A DNA stretch of 49,626 nt from Girardia tigrina (taxonomy: Eukaryota): positions 4,722 to 54,347 of the forward strand of contig MQRK01231093.1 in the NCBI GenBank assembly GCA_001938485.1, written 5' to 3'. The notes under the pieces are model-generated. The model searched no databases, had not been told where the DNA came from, and worked only from the letters and a program-made list of their open reading frames with translations. The position numbers and the translations under genes are program-made. Shown piece after piece: positions 22,936 to 35,645 of the stretch; positions within the stretch are counted from its first letter, which is position 1, and every line of letters starts with the position of its first letter.

Positions 22936-24243
22936 GAACTTTTGGAGCATATTGTTTATTGTATCGTTTAAAAAAAATTGAATAGTTTCTAGGCTTCTGA
23001 AAAATAAACTCAATCCTGTACTTTCATGGAGTCTGCTTTTTATCTTTTTAGCCCACCCTAGGTGTAAAACCGTTCCGGTACCTATGGTTACTGTACTAAC
23101 TGAACATATTTATTTCCCATTGAATTACCAAGAAATTGTGAAATCATACAATTGCTCAATCCTTAATTTTCTCTATAAAACTTTTATCATCTTGATATGT
23201 CGACAATTATTTATTAATCATCAGATAAAAGGCACCTATCTCTTCCTATAATCAACAATAATCTCACCCGACTGGGACTCAGGCTATGGTTGTGCGGAGT
23301 AGGGACGAGGCGGACATGGACAAGATTGAGAACGCGCAGTTGCACGATTTGGGCCGGCGCAGGTGATCAGGAGTTTTTTTACGATAAATTCTGAACGTCA
23401 GCGTTCATGAATTTGATGATAAAAATGATTTTAAACCTGTTTAAATTTTGATGTAAATTATTATTTATGTTAATTTGTGTCGCGTGGGATTCGGTATTGT
23501 TGTAAAGATTATATACATGATGACTGTTTGAATTGGAAAATAACATCGAGATAAAAATAATATTAATGTTTGAATTTTATATAAAAAAATATTATTGTGT
23601 TTGTGTGAAAAATGATTATTAATGTAAATTATTAGTATCAATATTATTTGTTTAAATGGAAAAAAGTAATTTTGGATGGTGAAAAATGTCGAATGTTGAA
23701 ATTTCAAATGAAATAAAGTTTTTTTCGGAATTTGAGTTTTTATTCTCTTGAGCAATAATTTGGAAGCGATCGAACAATATTTATTTTACATTTTTTAGAA
23801 GAAAAGATAATTTTGAAATTATTTTTTTCCATGGACAATTTTCAGCGATTTTTTGAACCTTTTGTGAGGTAAATGAAGTCGCAAAAGAATTAAATTCATT
23901 AATAAAGAGTGAGCATTCCAATATCTCAAAATTCCATGAAACGATATCGTTAGGTTTTCCGATCCATAATTATGTTACAAAAAAATTATTTCTGATGATG
24001 TATAGCAAATACCGGATGATGAGAGTAATATGAACATTTCTGAGTGTGGTGCTCCGGTCAAACGACCGAAAATAAAAAAACTAAAAAAAATTAATTTAAT
24101 TAATTAATAAACTAAAAATTACTAAAAACATGGTTCAAATTCAAATTGTATTGAAATAAATCTTTTGATCGTCTCCATTATATGCATCAATTGTTAAATA
24201 GTTTTCTCAAAGATTTAGATTTAAGATATTTTCCGATTATATT

Positions 24244-24505
24244 TCGTCGCACTCGGTCCAACAATACAGTGATTCGACCTCATCCATCAGATCGATCCAA
24301 TCGAACTTGATACCGCCACATATCAACCCGTGATGCACTATGATCACACTGTATACCACTGACGGGGCAAACCGGTGTCGTGTGCGGTCACTGGGCTGAT
24401 AACGGGGTACGGGAAGATGCGGCCGATCAATTCCTCTATCCGACATTTTCCCCCACAATTAAGAGGTGCTCGCCACCATTACTCGGTCCGGCAGTCGGCT
24501 CTTCA
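24244..24505 (+). repeat. 5' LTR of a Ty3/gypsy element
   Basis: Abrupt GC-rich block ending in ..TCA immediately before a PBS; left edge approximate. Confidence 0.65.
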
Positions 24506-24506
24506 T

Positions 24507-24524
24507 TGGTGTAAGAAGTGGGAT
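24507..24524 (+). promoter_or_regulatory. Primer-binding site complementary to the tRNA-Leu 3' end
   Basis: TGGTGTAAGAAGTGGGAT differs at one position from TGGTGTCAGAAGTGGGAT (complement of the tRNA-Leu(CAA)-type 3' end, recalled from memory). Confidence 0.75.
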
Positions 24525-25033
24525 CAACCGATCCAACACAGGTAACACACACACACTACAATCACCACACATGCACCGCAACGAACACTCTCACGCACCA
24601 CATTTAACGATTTCACTCTCACACAGCATTCGACGATCACATACGAATTCACCACATTGAAAAAATACTGTAAACAATAACTCTATCACACACCACAATA
24701 AAAATCAACACTGAATGGGACATTGTAACCACACTCTAATTGTCCACCGAGTGTCTTATCGAACACATCATAAACATCCTCACCAGCCTGTCGGGACATT
24801 CAGTCACACTCTATAAGCCGTTATAACCTCTGCGCTCCAATCTTTCTTTTAAACAATACGGGATTACTACGGCACCACCATCACCTGCCACTTCACATTG
24901 CCAGGTGGCGGAGATCCCGACAATACCACAGACTCCTCAGCGCTCACTGGAGGGACACTTTTACAAGTCCCCGTTCATGCAGTTATACTCCCTGCACACT
25001 ATTCTTCCTTGACAATGATGGTTCACCGCGACA

Positions 25034-25870
25034 GTGGCTCGGACTCATGGACTTTCGATTGAAATAGGTCAAGAGCCAATACTCTCGGTTCCATCACCTT
25101 ACAGCTGCACTCCCAGTGGAACAACTGAAAGAGAACTTCTGGCGATCATGGCACACAACTGGACAAACGATCAGTTGTGCCAACACTTAATGAAGCCACA
25201 CTCGCAGACTTTCGATGCTCACTTCAAGAAATATATCAGAACTCAACCGATGGTAGACATGAGACTCACTCAGTTCCTGAACAAGATGACCGCCGATCTT
25301 CATGCGCTCAACCCGGCACTGGTCAGTGATGATGCAAATCAGTGGCTGTTTCGGAAGCTCTTCCTCCAAGCCTTACCGGACACACAACGGGCCATACTGC
25401 CCGCGTCCGAAAATATACCGCTCGTGGAGCTCTCCAGGATCGTGGACAAAATCGCCGAAACCCTTGGGCACGACAAGGGCCACTGCTATCCGATCATGTC
25501 GACCACCAGCGACAGCCGCCACTTACCGAGTTCGAGAGCACCGAAAGACTCACACTCCACAGAGATAACTGCACTGTCCGAAAAGATAGCAGCCCTGCAG
25601 GCAAGTCTGGCCGCAATCAATGGGGCCCGCCAGCACTCTAAAAGCAGCATTACATCACACAATGAGGAGACAACATACAGATCACAAGAGTTGTCGGGCC
25701 TAAGATCAAACCTCCGATGCTTCGATGGCACACTGGTACAACCATCATGCCGAAACCCATTTGGAAGGACCCACGCACTGTGTTACTTTCATCGACGGTT
25801 TGGAAAGAGCCAAAAAGTGCCAGCCAGGATACACCTACCCCTGCAAAGAATCCAACATGCAATTGCCTGA
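25034..25870 (+). mobile_element. Ty3/gypsy gag remnant
   Basis: 'LFRKLFLQALPDTQRAIL...LVELSRIVDKIAE...LSEKIAALQ...LCYFHRRFG' then frameshifted 'AKKCQPGYTYP'; lies downstream of LTR+PBS; no pol follows. Confidence 0.8.
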
Positions 25871-27495
25871 TGTATGCATTTGGCACGTCCTGTTTGGTGT
25901 TGACGCCGGCACCTTACTGAGAGTGACAGGAATCCCCATATATATTTCGATGATAAACTCTGGTAATATAATCTTCCTTATGATATCCCCCGATCCTCAA
26001 TCAACCCCATGACACCAGGGTATCGCGGCCGCGCTGCCCTTGCTCTTCTATCAATGGAAAATTACAATTAGCAGGAGATCGAGAAGTGGGTTGCAGGGAT
26101 TCAGGACTAGATCGAGTTGTCAACAAAGTGCTGGATACATGGACGGCGTTGAAATTGGCGATCAATTGCAGCGGCTACGAGAGACAGTCGACGATGGGAG
26201 TCAAGGGGCTCATATTCGAGCATATCGGGCGAATGAGCGCACCGGACGAGTTAGAGAACTGATTGGATAAGCGAGTGGATTTAGTTTGCAAGAGCGGCAG
26301 CTAGAAAGAGATGATGGCTGTGCTGATGGGCTACAGGGGTCTGAGTAAGGCGGGGCTGACATAAATGTGTGGATTGGAGGGTACGAGAGACTATGAGAAC
26401 AGCGGAAAGTGAGTTGTCCGAGGAAGCGGGCTTGTTCTGCTGCAAGGTGACCGCGGGCTCGTGTAATCTCAAGAATGGTCTAGAGTCGCACTTCTCGAGC
26501 GATGTGAGGATGCTGCTGGTGATCGTGGCGGTGACGATCAAGAACAAGGTGTTAGGCAAGCTGGTAGTGGTTACGGGAGTCATACTGTGTTTGAGGGACA
26601 CCAAAGGCGGCAGGAAGTGCTCTGACGGTGTATGACATTGTGTTTGGGCAGGCGGGCGACAACACCAGTTGACTATTCTCTGGCCGCAATTGAATTTTGT
26701 CTACTGTTGGAGCCGAATTAAATTTCAGGAACAAGCCGAACTCGGTTACTCAGGGTGTTGTCTAAGTGCCAAAAATTTTATAAGCTTAACTCCCTTGCTG
26801 AATCAATGAATGTGCCTTGATGACAAGGTGTGTTGTATATTATAAAATCTGCTTGTTTAAATCAGTAATTTGCCGATTTAGTATTTTATTTAAATACATT
26901 CTGTAGCTCGTCGTGCTTGTTCTTTACAAACTCCTGTAAATACTGTTGTTTAAATAATATAAAGCGTGAGCAACTTCTTTCAATTTAATAAATAGTACTG
27001 AACATTTCTACAATTGTTCATTTATTTATTGGCAATGTCAGAAAATACTTACATTCGTAAAAGAATTAAAAAAAATTTTCATAAAATTTTTTCTAACAAC
27101 TTACGACAGAATATTTTTTGAAATATTTACCGGTTCTTTAAATTGCTTTCATTTTTTTCGTTTCTTTGTTTAATTAAAATCAAAAGCGCAATTTATTTAA
27201 AATTAAATTTGATTTTCTTCACCGATATTTTTTTTATTATTAAAAATTAAATTCGATCGTTATTTTTGCTTAAAGAATTTTTTCTATTTGTTATTTATCA
27301 ATTTTTTTTAAAAAATTATTCTCTGAAAAATCAAATGAAAAATATCACAAAAACGGATTTTACTTTTCCTGAAAATGGTAATTCATCGATGTTGAAAGTG
27401 GAACATTTTCTAATACAAGGTAAATCGAATTGGATTTCTGTGAATGTTTTATTTTCTACCAAATTTGATTGATTAAAATATTTTACTTATGTAAT

Positions 27496-27719
27496 GTTAC
27501 ATTAGCAACGGTTACTAAGGAGAGAATGAGGGGAAATTCTTCCGAGATTTTTAATTAAAAGCATTATTATTATTAAATATAATTTATTATTAAAATTATT
27601 TAATAACTATTATTTTTTTTATTAATATTATTTTTTTAATTACTTTGATTGTTTGAGATATTATTTTACTTGATATAGTTTTATAAATATGTTACAATGA
27701 CAACGGTTTCTTAGAGTAC
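27496..27719. promoter_or_regulatory. Two tandem pairs of RFX X-box-like motifs
   Basis: GTTACATTAGCAAC-G-GTTACTAAGGAGA (27496-27523) and GTTACAATGACAAC-G-GTTTCTTAGAGTAC (27691-27719) resemble GTTRCCATGGYAAC. Confidence 0.45.
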
Positions 27720-28414
27720 CATTGGAGAGCTATAAGTCCAAGAGTTTAAAATTTTAAAGGTAATATCAAGTAAAATTTTAAATCGAAAAACATTTTTTCA
27801 TAATATAATTTTCCTTCATGTTTTTCTTGAAATTTAAGAAATACTTCCATATTGCCCCACAACAAAAATATTTTTACCATTATTTATTTTTAAATATATA
27901 TATATATATATATATATATTATTTTTTTATTAAAAAACATTTTCAGTAAAAATATTTTTTATGATTAAAATTATATTTTTATAATAATAATTATTATTAT
28001 AAAATAATATCAAAAGTATAACAAAATGAGTTCTATTTTTTGAAGTTAATAGTTTTTGTTTGATATTCTGATTCTTTATTATTATTATTTTTTACTTTAA
28101 TAATGTTTTCATATTCATATAAGAATTATAAACACTTTTATAATAATAAAATTAATAATAATAACAATTAATTAATAATCATAATTAAAAGCTTTTTCCA
28201 AGAAAAATATATCTATATGATCAGATTTTTATTTATTAATATTTTTATTATTATTAATTTTACTTTTATTATTATTATTATTATCATTTATTATTTTATT
28301 TTTAAATAAATTAAAATTTTTGGTATTTTTTTGATGAAAATTTGTGATAAATCATTTTAAATGGTAAAAAATATTTTAAAATAATATATTTTCTTATTTT
28401 AGACAATAAAATAA

Positions 28415-28620
28415 GAGTTCATCAAATGATATTCCAGAAGTCCTGGAGCATATACTTTCTATATACTCTTTGACCTATGCCAATAGATTTTTTTGTTAAT
28501 CATGCTATTAAATTTTCTTTTCAGGGCGTTCTTTCTTTAATGCCTTCGTCATGTAACATATTTCGGATGGTTTATGGCCCAATAGTAACTCTTTTTTAGA
28601 TTATATGTGACAACCAATTG
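28415..28620 (-). mobile_element. Tc1 transposase remnant (second HTH to start of DDE)
   Basis: 'TIRNMLHDEGIKERTP*K...NKKNLLA*VKEYIE...QDFWNII' across frameshifts. Confidence 0.55.
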
Positions 28621-29638
28621 AATAATTATTCTATTTTAGTGAATTTTATTGGATAATAATTATTTTTGTATTAATTTTATGTTACATATTAATTGAAGAT
28701 ATTTATAATGGAGACTGCTTTACTTTTCCCGTTTTAGATATTAATCAATGGATAATAGTGTCTGATCATCAATGATTCACAATACAACCTCTCATAATAT
28801 GCATCAAAATTCTTCTGAAGAATAAAAAACTCGTCTTTTGAATTCGACGAGTCTCTTACTTTGCAGTGATCGAAAACCCTACTCGATCTACTCTATTGTG
28901 AAAGTTCACTTATTCGTGTCTTGAGACGAATATTTGTCTTTCAAATGTACGAGTTTTGAAACGAGTGACCATTTAATTTTGAACACCAAATTAACTTTCA
29001 CTATATTACGATCACTAATAGGCCTCCTCCTTCTTGTACGGGACTAATGAATCTTAGAACCTTTCAGGAGCCTGAGTCGGAGTCTCATGCCGAAACATTC
29101 AACAGATTACGGGCCTCACCATTATGTGTATTTCGTGATCCTTCTCAGGAGATCATTGCCTTTTCAGTAGTGGATTGTGAGCCCATACAACTCGTACTTT
29201 GTTTGTCTGCAATACTAACAAGACAAGCTTTGGACACTTTAGCCTAGAGGGTTCAAGCCCCCCTAGTTTCCCAGGGACACCACGTGGAGGTATGTGCGAC
29301 TTGTTTAACACAGGTCACCAATTTAACGGGTCCCTAAGAACCCTAATATGATTTTCGACACTTCTTTTATTATCACAAGTTGAATTGTCTTCAGAACAAA
29401 TATAATTAATCTTTGTAACTTTGCATCATACAATGGTTTAATGATCTTTATCCAAAATATTTGAACTAATTTGAACCAGAAAAATCGCTAAAAAATATTT
29501 GCTAGAAAATTCATTATTTAAAATGAAATAATCATTCATTATTTTAAAATATGAATTTCCGTTATTGATTAAAAAATTTCAAATAAAATGTATCAAATTA
29601 TTTAAAAATTTACAAAAATATTAAGTTAAATAGCTTTA

Positions 29639-29693
<55 letters not shown>

Positions 29694-29743
29694 NNNNNNN
29701 NNNNNNNNNNNNNNNNNNNNNNNNNNNNNNNNNNNNNNNNNNN

Positions 29744-29779
<36 letters not shown>

Positions 29780-29809
29780 TCAAATCAAATTGGTTTTAAA
29801 TTATAAGAA

Positions 29810-30510
29810 TTAAAATACCAATCAGCCATCTGTATAGGAGAGACACAATGCCAAATCAACATACAGCATAAAACATTTCAAACATTCCTCTCACATTTTA
29901 TTGGGGGTTTTCGATTTCACGCAAGGAAGTCTTTCACATTAAATGTTACTGACACTATTTTAACATAAGCGATATTTTTAAATGCTATTCTTAAATCTTC
30001 TTAAATCTTCTAAATAGGGAATTTTTAATTTTAATGTGTTTAATATTCTTTCTTGGTCTCGTGAGTGTGGACTCTGTCAAAATTAACCTAATTTTAGCCT
30101 TTATTTTTTTCGACCACATTTTATTATTGAAACGTTTTCTTAGAATATCAAGTGCATCACATTTACTGTTTTACTGGAGGAAACTGTCCATACTCTATGA
30201 ATTAACCCCTAGATAATACATCTTCGTATTTCTCTTCACAGTAGCTTATTGATGTTGTATACTGTCCGCTTGTTGTACGTAACTATTCCGTTTTATATTT
30301 AGTATTAGTTCGTTTGGCAATAATATCCAGGAACGGAAGTTTATTATTAACCTTAAATTCTGTTGTAAAGTTAAACATTATTATGAAATAATTTAAGGAA
30401 GTTCATAAAGGGTTCTATCATAGAATATCTATGTAGACTTTGTCTTGGAAAACTAAGAAAATATCATCCACATTCCTTTAATACACAGATGGTCGTTTCC
30501 CAGTATATAG
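29810..30510 (-). mobile_element. Decayed Penelope-like RT fragment
   Basis: 'RPSVY*RNVDDIFLVF', '[19 protein letters not shown]', 'GQYTTSISYCEEKY', 'GLIHRVWTVSS'. Its tail (~29815-29870) recurs at ~45055-45110 (+). Confidence 0.8.
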
Positions 30511-30829
30511 GTCCATGTGAAGATTGAATCGTGATTAAAGAAGGGAACTGTCTTTCTGAAGGTACTATTTCTCATTGAAAAGAAACAAAAAAATCAATAA
30601 GATAATTTTATAAATGTTAACTTAAAATATAATTTGTATTGAACAAATGATTTCAAAAGTCAGTAATTAAAGAAACTAACAATTTGTAAGATTAGTATAC
30701 TTCTATATTTAATAAGCTATAAGTAATTTAAAGGTTTGAGTAAATTTTTGTTCGCAGTTATTCGTTAAATTATGTCTAAGATTAAAAAAAAATAAATAAA
30801 AAGAATGACAGGTATTGTATAAGATTTTA

Positions 30830-31569
30830 TTTTTACCACGTTTTACTTAGCTTCGTTTCTTGTCTGGAACAAATCTTGCGATTGATTTTTCGACCACTTT
30901 CAGTCATCCAATTGAGCTGAATTTTTTTATACAGGCTTGCTTCCGATGACAATACAATATTTTAAAACATTTACGGCTCTACATGAACCGCATATGCTAT
31001 AATTTAACTTTATGAAAATTTTAACTTTATGAAAAAAATCAATAATATTAATTAATACGTACAAGAAAATTATTTTGAAATAAAACTTGCTTTTATTAAA
31101 ATAAAACTTTGTTATTTTGGTTTTATTATCATTTCTGTTATTCGAAATCAATCGAAAGATTTGAATTACTAAATGATAACTAAANNNNNNNNNNNNNNNN
31201 NNNNNNNNNNNNNNNNNNNNNNNNNNNNNNNNNNNNNNNNNNNNNNNNNNNNNNNNNNNNNNNNNNNNNNNNNNNNNNNNNNNNNNNNNNNNNNNNNNNN
31301 NNNNNNNNNNNNNNNNNNNNNNNNNNNNNNNNNNNNNNNNNNNNNNNNNNNNNNNNNNNNNNNNNNNNNNNNNNNNNNNNNNNNNNNNNNNNNNNNNNNN
31401 NNNNNNNNNNNNNNNNNNNNNNNNNNNNNNNNNNNNNNNNNNNNNNNNNNNNGTATAAAATTTCGCACATGTCTAGAAAAAAAAATTATTTTCCTCTTTT
31501 TAGTGCATTGGTAATGCTTGAAAAACGTGGTTGTTTTTATAAAAAAATTTTTTTATTAATAATATTATT
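30830..31569 (+). mobile_element. Second copy of the non-autonomous fold-back repeat seen at 12138-12757
   Basis: Same 5' end (tttttaccacg...tgtctggaacaaatcttgcgattg...ccaattgagctgaa) and same terminal arm (31453-31569); the interior is an N gap. Confidence 0.75.
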
Positions 31570-32596
31570 AATAATTATTTTATTTACTCCTGTGTCGAAA
31601 ATTATTTTATCATAAAAATTGAGAATATTTACAAATCAGCTCTTGAAGGATGGAATGTCATTTTTGGAATAAACTTTGGTTTATCCAAGTTACATCTCAA
31701 GTAACTTCAAGTCATTTGTATAAACTGATACGTGTCCAAGTGATTGTCTGAGAGTTTATGGTGTTATATTGTTTTCGTTTGAACGAGATTTATCTGTATG
31801 TTATCTGTACATAATCAAGAGATCATAGTGTTCGATATGATATAAGATATTAAAATTATTCAATTTTCATTGTTACAACTCCTTTACTTTCAGAAACAAT
31901 AAATTACACAACATACATTTTATGGATGTTTTTCGGTGTTTCACTGTTGCTGTTGTTGTTGCTATTTGTTGTGCTGGGTGTTCGCAAACTGGTGAAAGAT
32001 TCGCACAAATATTCGAGTTACAAACAGAAAGTTTGCTGTGACAATATTTGCTTTAATCCAAAGAGGAATGACATCAAGGACTACAATTTGAACGAACAGT
32101 TGCTGTGATTATCGATTATTTTTGTATAAAACACATTCTTTAGTAAGGGTTTACTATGGGATTTGATTTGTCTTTCTTTATTCGGTCTTCTTTTACAAGA
32201 AACAATCTGTTTTTCATTCAGTGTCATTTGTTCTTTACAAAGTAATTTATTGGTGCATTTGGAGGAATATGTTTTTCATGAAGTTTTCTTCGTTTATTAT
32301 ATTTTAATATTATTTTAGGGACATTAAATGCTTATTTATTTGCTCAAGTTGTTAAAAAAATGCGAAACTAATTAATAATAAATGTTCATTAGATCAGAAG
32401 TGAGCTTCAGCGACCTCTAAAGGCGTTTGGAAAATAATCTCGGCTTTTGAGACTATAAAGGTCGTATTGTGTTGTCTTTTTGTCACCAGATTTTGCATTT
32501 TCATGAATAAATAATGATATACAAGCACTACCATTTTACAGATCAGCGACCTTCCTCATTAGTTCATAGGGCGTTTACTCTTACATTAGCTTAATA

Positions 32597-32755
32597 CAGT
32601 CAGGCCTCTCGTATTCGTCCCTCTTCTAACCGTCATCCTCTCATTCCGTCGCGATTTTTATTTGACGGAGCTTCAAGTCGCCATTGAAAACGACCCATCA
32701 TATCCGTCACACTTTCGAAAAAAACCGACCCCAGTGGATACGAGAGGTCTGACTG
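32597..32755. mobile_element. pogo/Tigger-type MITE (159 bp)
   Basis: TA|CAGTCAGGCCTCTCGTAT ... ATACGAGAGGTCTGACTG|TA; TA target duplication. Confidence 0.88.
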
Positions 32756-33499
32756 TAGTATATTGTCAATAATATACTACTAGGTTGTAGTTACAAAACA
32801 TTTTGTTTTTTCCATAAATTATTTATTAAAACAAGATATTTATAGTTCATCATTTTCCACTACTTTCTACCATCGGTCTGTAAGCATCCACGTTTATTAG
32901 CCCATTTCATAAAGAACCCCTTAAATATTTAATTTTTGTATTAAAACTTTTAATACTTGAACTACGAGTAATGTATTTTCACTGAAGACCAGTGTCGTAT
33001 ATGTTCGAATAACACACGTTGTATGTACGTTTTTTGTTTTGCCAAGCAATGCTTTTTAATATTCCTTGTCTAAAGTTTCGTTTGGAGAAAAATGGTTTTT
33101 GATTTACTGCTATTTTACCAAAGAACCAGTCTCCCGCAAGGTTCACTAGAAAACGCACACGTAAATTTTGCGATGAAAAATACCCGCAGTCCCAGCAGAT
33201 CGTCGTTATCAGAATTTTTCAGCCATTTTATCGTGGGCTACAGTACGATATTTATGTATAATAAATATAAATATCTAATATCCAACTTATGTATGAGGAA
33301 ATTCAAGTAATCCTCTCCCTTGATGCCTAGTTTAAAAGATAATACATGGGTTAGTTACCCTGCTTTTGAGTTTGAATAGAGGAAATAAAATATGGGGAAA
33401 TAAAACACGCGTAGAAAAAAGTAAAGAGGACTTAGACTCCCCTGTTATAGTTTTACAAATATTTGTTTGAATTTTCTAAAAGAAGACCATTGTATGACA

Positions 33500-34859
33500 C
33501 TCTAAACTGAACGACGAGACTAGAAGTTTAAAGACGATGGAAGAAATTCGAAAGACGGACCACTATGGAATTTATGGAATTTAAAAGGATAAAGTGATAG
33601 AGTCAATTTTATGATTTATAGCAGGAGTCTAATCTTTAAATTTTGAAGAAACAGTTTGTTAAAGAATTTAAGAAAAAAAGAACATGAAACATGAATCTGA
33701 CAAGAGTAAGAAACACGTAAATCGAAGATATCAGGGAATTGCGTTATAAAAATTTAATATCAAAATCTCTATGAAAACGTCCTTCAATTTTTTGAAACTA
33801 CAAGAGAACTCATTCTATTTTGTTCGTAAGAATACCAAATTCGGAAGGAACTATAAACAAAATCAATAGATAGAAAAGATGTTCTGGGCAACTAATGAAA
33901 ATGCTGACACCTCGGATTAGGATAAGTTATCGTATATGAGGTAACCATTAGTTGGAGAACCTTTGCATTTGTTTTGGAGCAGATCCCCTCCACACTCCTC
34001 AAAAAGATTAGAAGTCAGATAATGGCGGTGGACAGAATTATTCAGATATTAATGGAAGAGGTCGTTACGTTTTAGGTCATTCAAAAGGAAATGTAGAATT
34101 ATTTTCGGCTAAAGATATAATTCTAAACAATAAAGGAGAGAACAAAATCTGCTATTTAGAAAATTGATTTCTGTAAAATAAACTATTAAAATTAATCCAA
34201 GAAAGCCTTTTATGAATGTGGGAAAGAGTATTGTTGAAGAAAGATAGCACAGAGATTCTTATAATTTTTCTATTTTTAGATTGTATGAAAGATTAAACAG
34301 AATCCAGAAGAATTGATGTGATTAGACACAAATAATAAACGCATACAAAAACAAAATTTTTTAGTTTTTCTGAATAATTCACAGAATATTAAATGCTATC
34401 TTTTTAACAAGATCATTACTTCATAGAATGCAAAGAAGTCTTAAACATGAATGTGAACAAAAGGAAAGAAACGCTCATGGACAAGGGATTATGCTTTAAT
34501 TGTTTAAGAACAGACGACACCTCTAAAAATTGTCAAAAGTTAAATTTTTATAAAAAATATGATTGCATAATAAAACATAAATAGTTAATGCATCTTGATT
34601 CTAAAGTTACCAAGGAGCAAAAGGATATAAAAGAAAAACGGTTCTACGTGCTTTGATCACAGCGGAGGTTTGACCATAGGTGTTAAGAATATATATGTGA
34701 AAACAAAGAACTAAAAATAAGTATCCTATGTATATTTATGTCTATATATATATATATATATAGGAAAAATTTAAAAAATAAAATTTTTGTATTGTTTATT
34801 TAAAAATTATTTTCGATTCTATTTTTAAATAAACAAAAAATATTCTATTTTTTAAATTT

Positions 34860-34901
<42 letters not shown>

Positions 34902-35270
34902 ATATATATTCATATGTATATTCTTAACAGCTATGATCAAACCTCCTGTGCTCAAACCCTCGCTGCGGACAAACCACCGATGGACAAACATTCTGTGGTC
35001 AAACTTCCGCGTACCATGAAAAACAGGCACATACTTTAATAACTAAAACTGGACTTACAAATAATAGACGAACGTACATTGCATTTCGATCAATTCCCGT
35101 AATATTGAAGTGCATTACTGGATGATGCAAGCATGGCAAGCTACATCAGCATGACTTTTTGTTTAGAAATTAGAATAAAACAAAAGGAAAGAATTATTCC
35201 GGTGAGTACTATCTGTGTAGTCCAAAGACAAATGATAGTAAAGCCTATCAAAATCAACGCGAGGCGCTAA
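33500..35270 (+). mobile_element. Decayed BEL/Pao LTR retrotransposon gag-protease
   Basis: 'DKLSYMR*PLVGEPLHL' (DUF1759-like), 'KRKETLMDKGLCFNCLRTDDTSKNCQK...LMH' zinc knuckles, protease-like 'ALLDDASMASYIS'. Confidence 0.7.
34652..35015. mobile_element. Fold-back MITE with ~15-bp subterminal tandem repeats, inserted in the BEL/Pao remnant
   Basis: ggaggtttgaccataggtgttaagaatatatatg (from ~34664) is inverted at ~34915-34946; repeats tggtcaaacttccg / tggacaaacattctg / tgctcaaaccctcgc on the right side. Confidence 0.65.
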
Positions 35271-35645
35271 GGCCTGAATAAATAGAATGGCAGTAACGAT
35301 ATTTTAAATGATAAACCAACGAACAATCCTCCATAAGCACTGATACAGCGATGAATTTGAAACGACAGAGATGATGCCTCCCCCTTTTAACAGAGAAAAC
35401 AGCTGAATCATCAATCCGGTAAAAACCGAGAATAAAATTGACTCAACAAACGAAATAAACAAGACCACACAGCAATTATTAAAGTGACTAAACAAGACAT
35501 TGGTAGCACCCGAGCGTACCTCCAAATAAGAATAAATAAGTTGTTCAGCGTACCCTCCCCCCCCATAGACCGGCATGATTAGTCATGCAGATATAGCGTT
35601 TAGAATAACAGCAGTAATACCAGCCGTCAATTAATTCCAGCTTAA

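Noticed and set aside
26281-26635. Overlapping ORFs 26281-26604 (-) and 26369-26635 (+) from the ORF track
   Set aside because: No recognisable domains; expected by chance in GC-richer TE sequence.
26770-27470. Exon-like minus-strand segments with 41-45 nt GT..AG gaps next to the X-box-like motifs
   Set aside because: The splice paths I tried hit in-frame stops; no homologue recognised.
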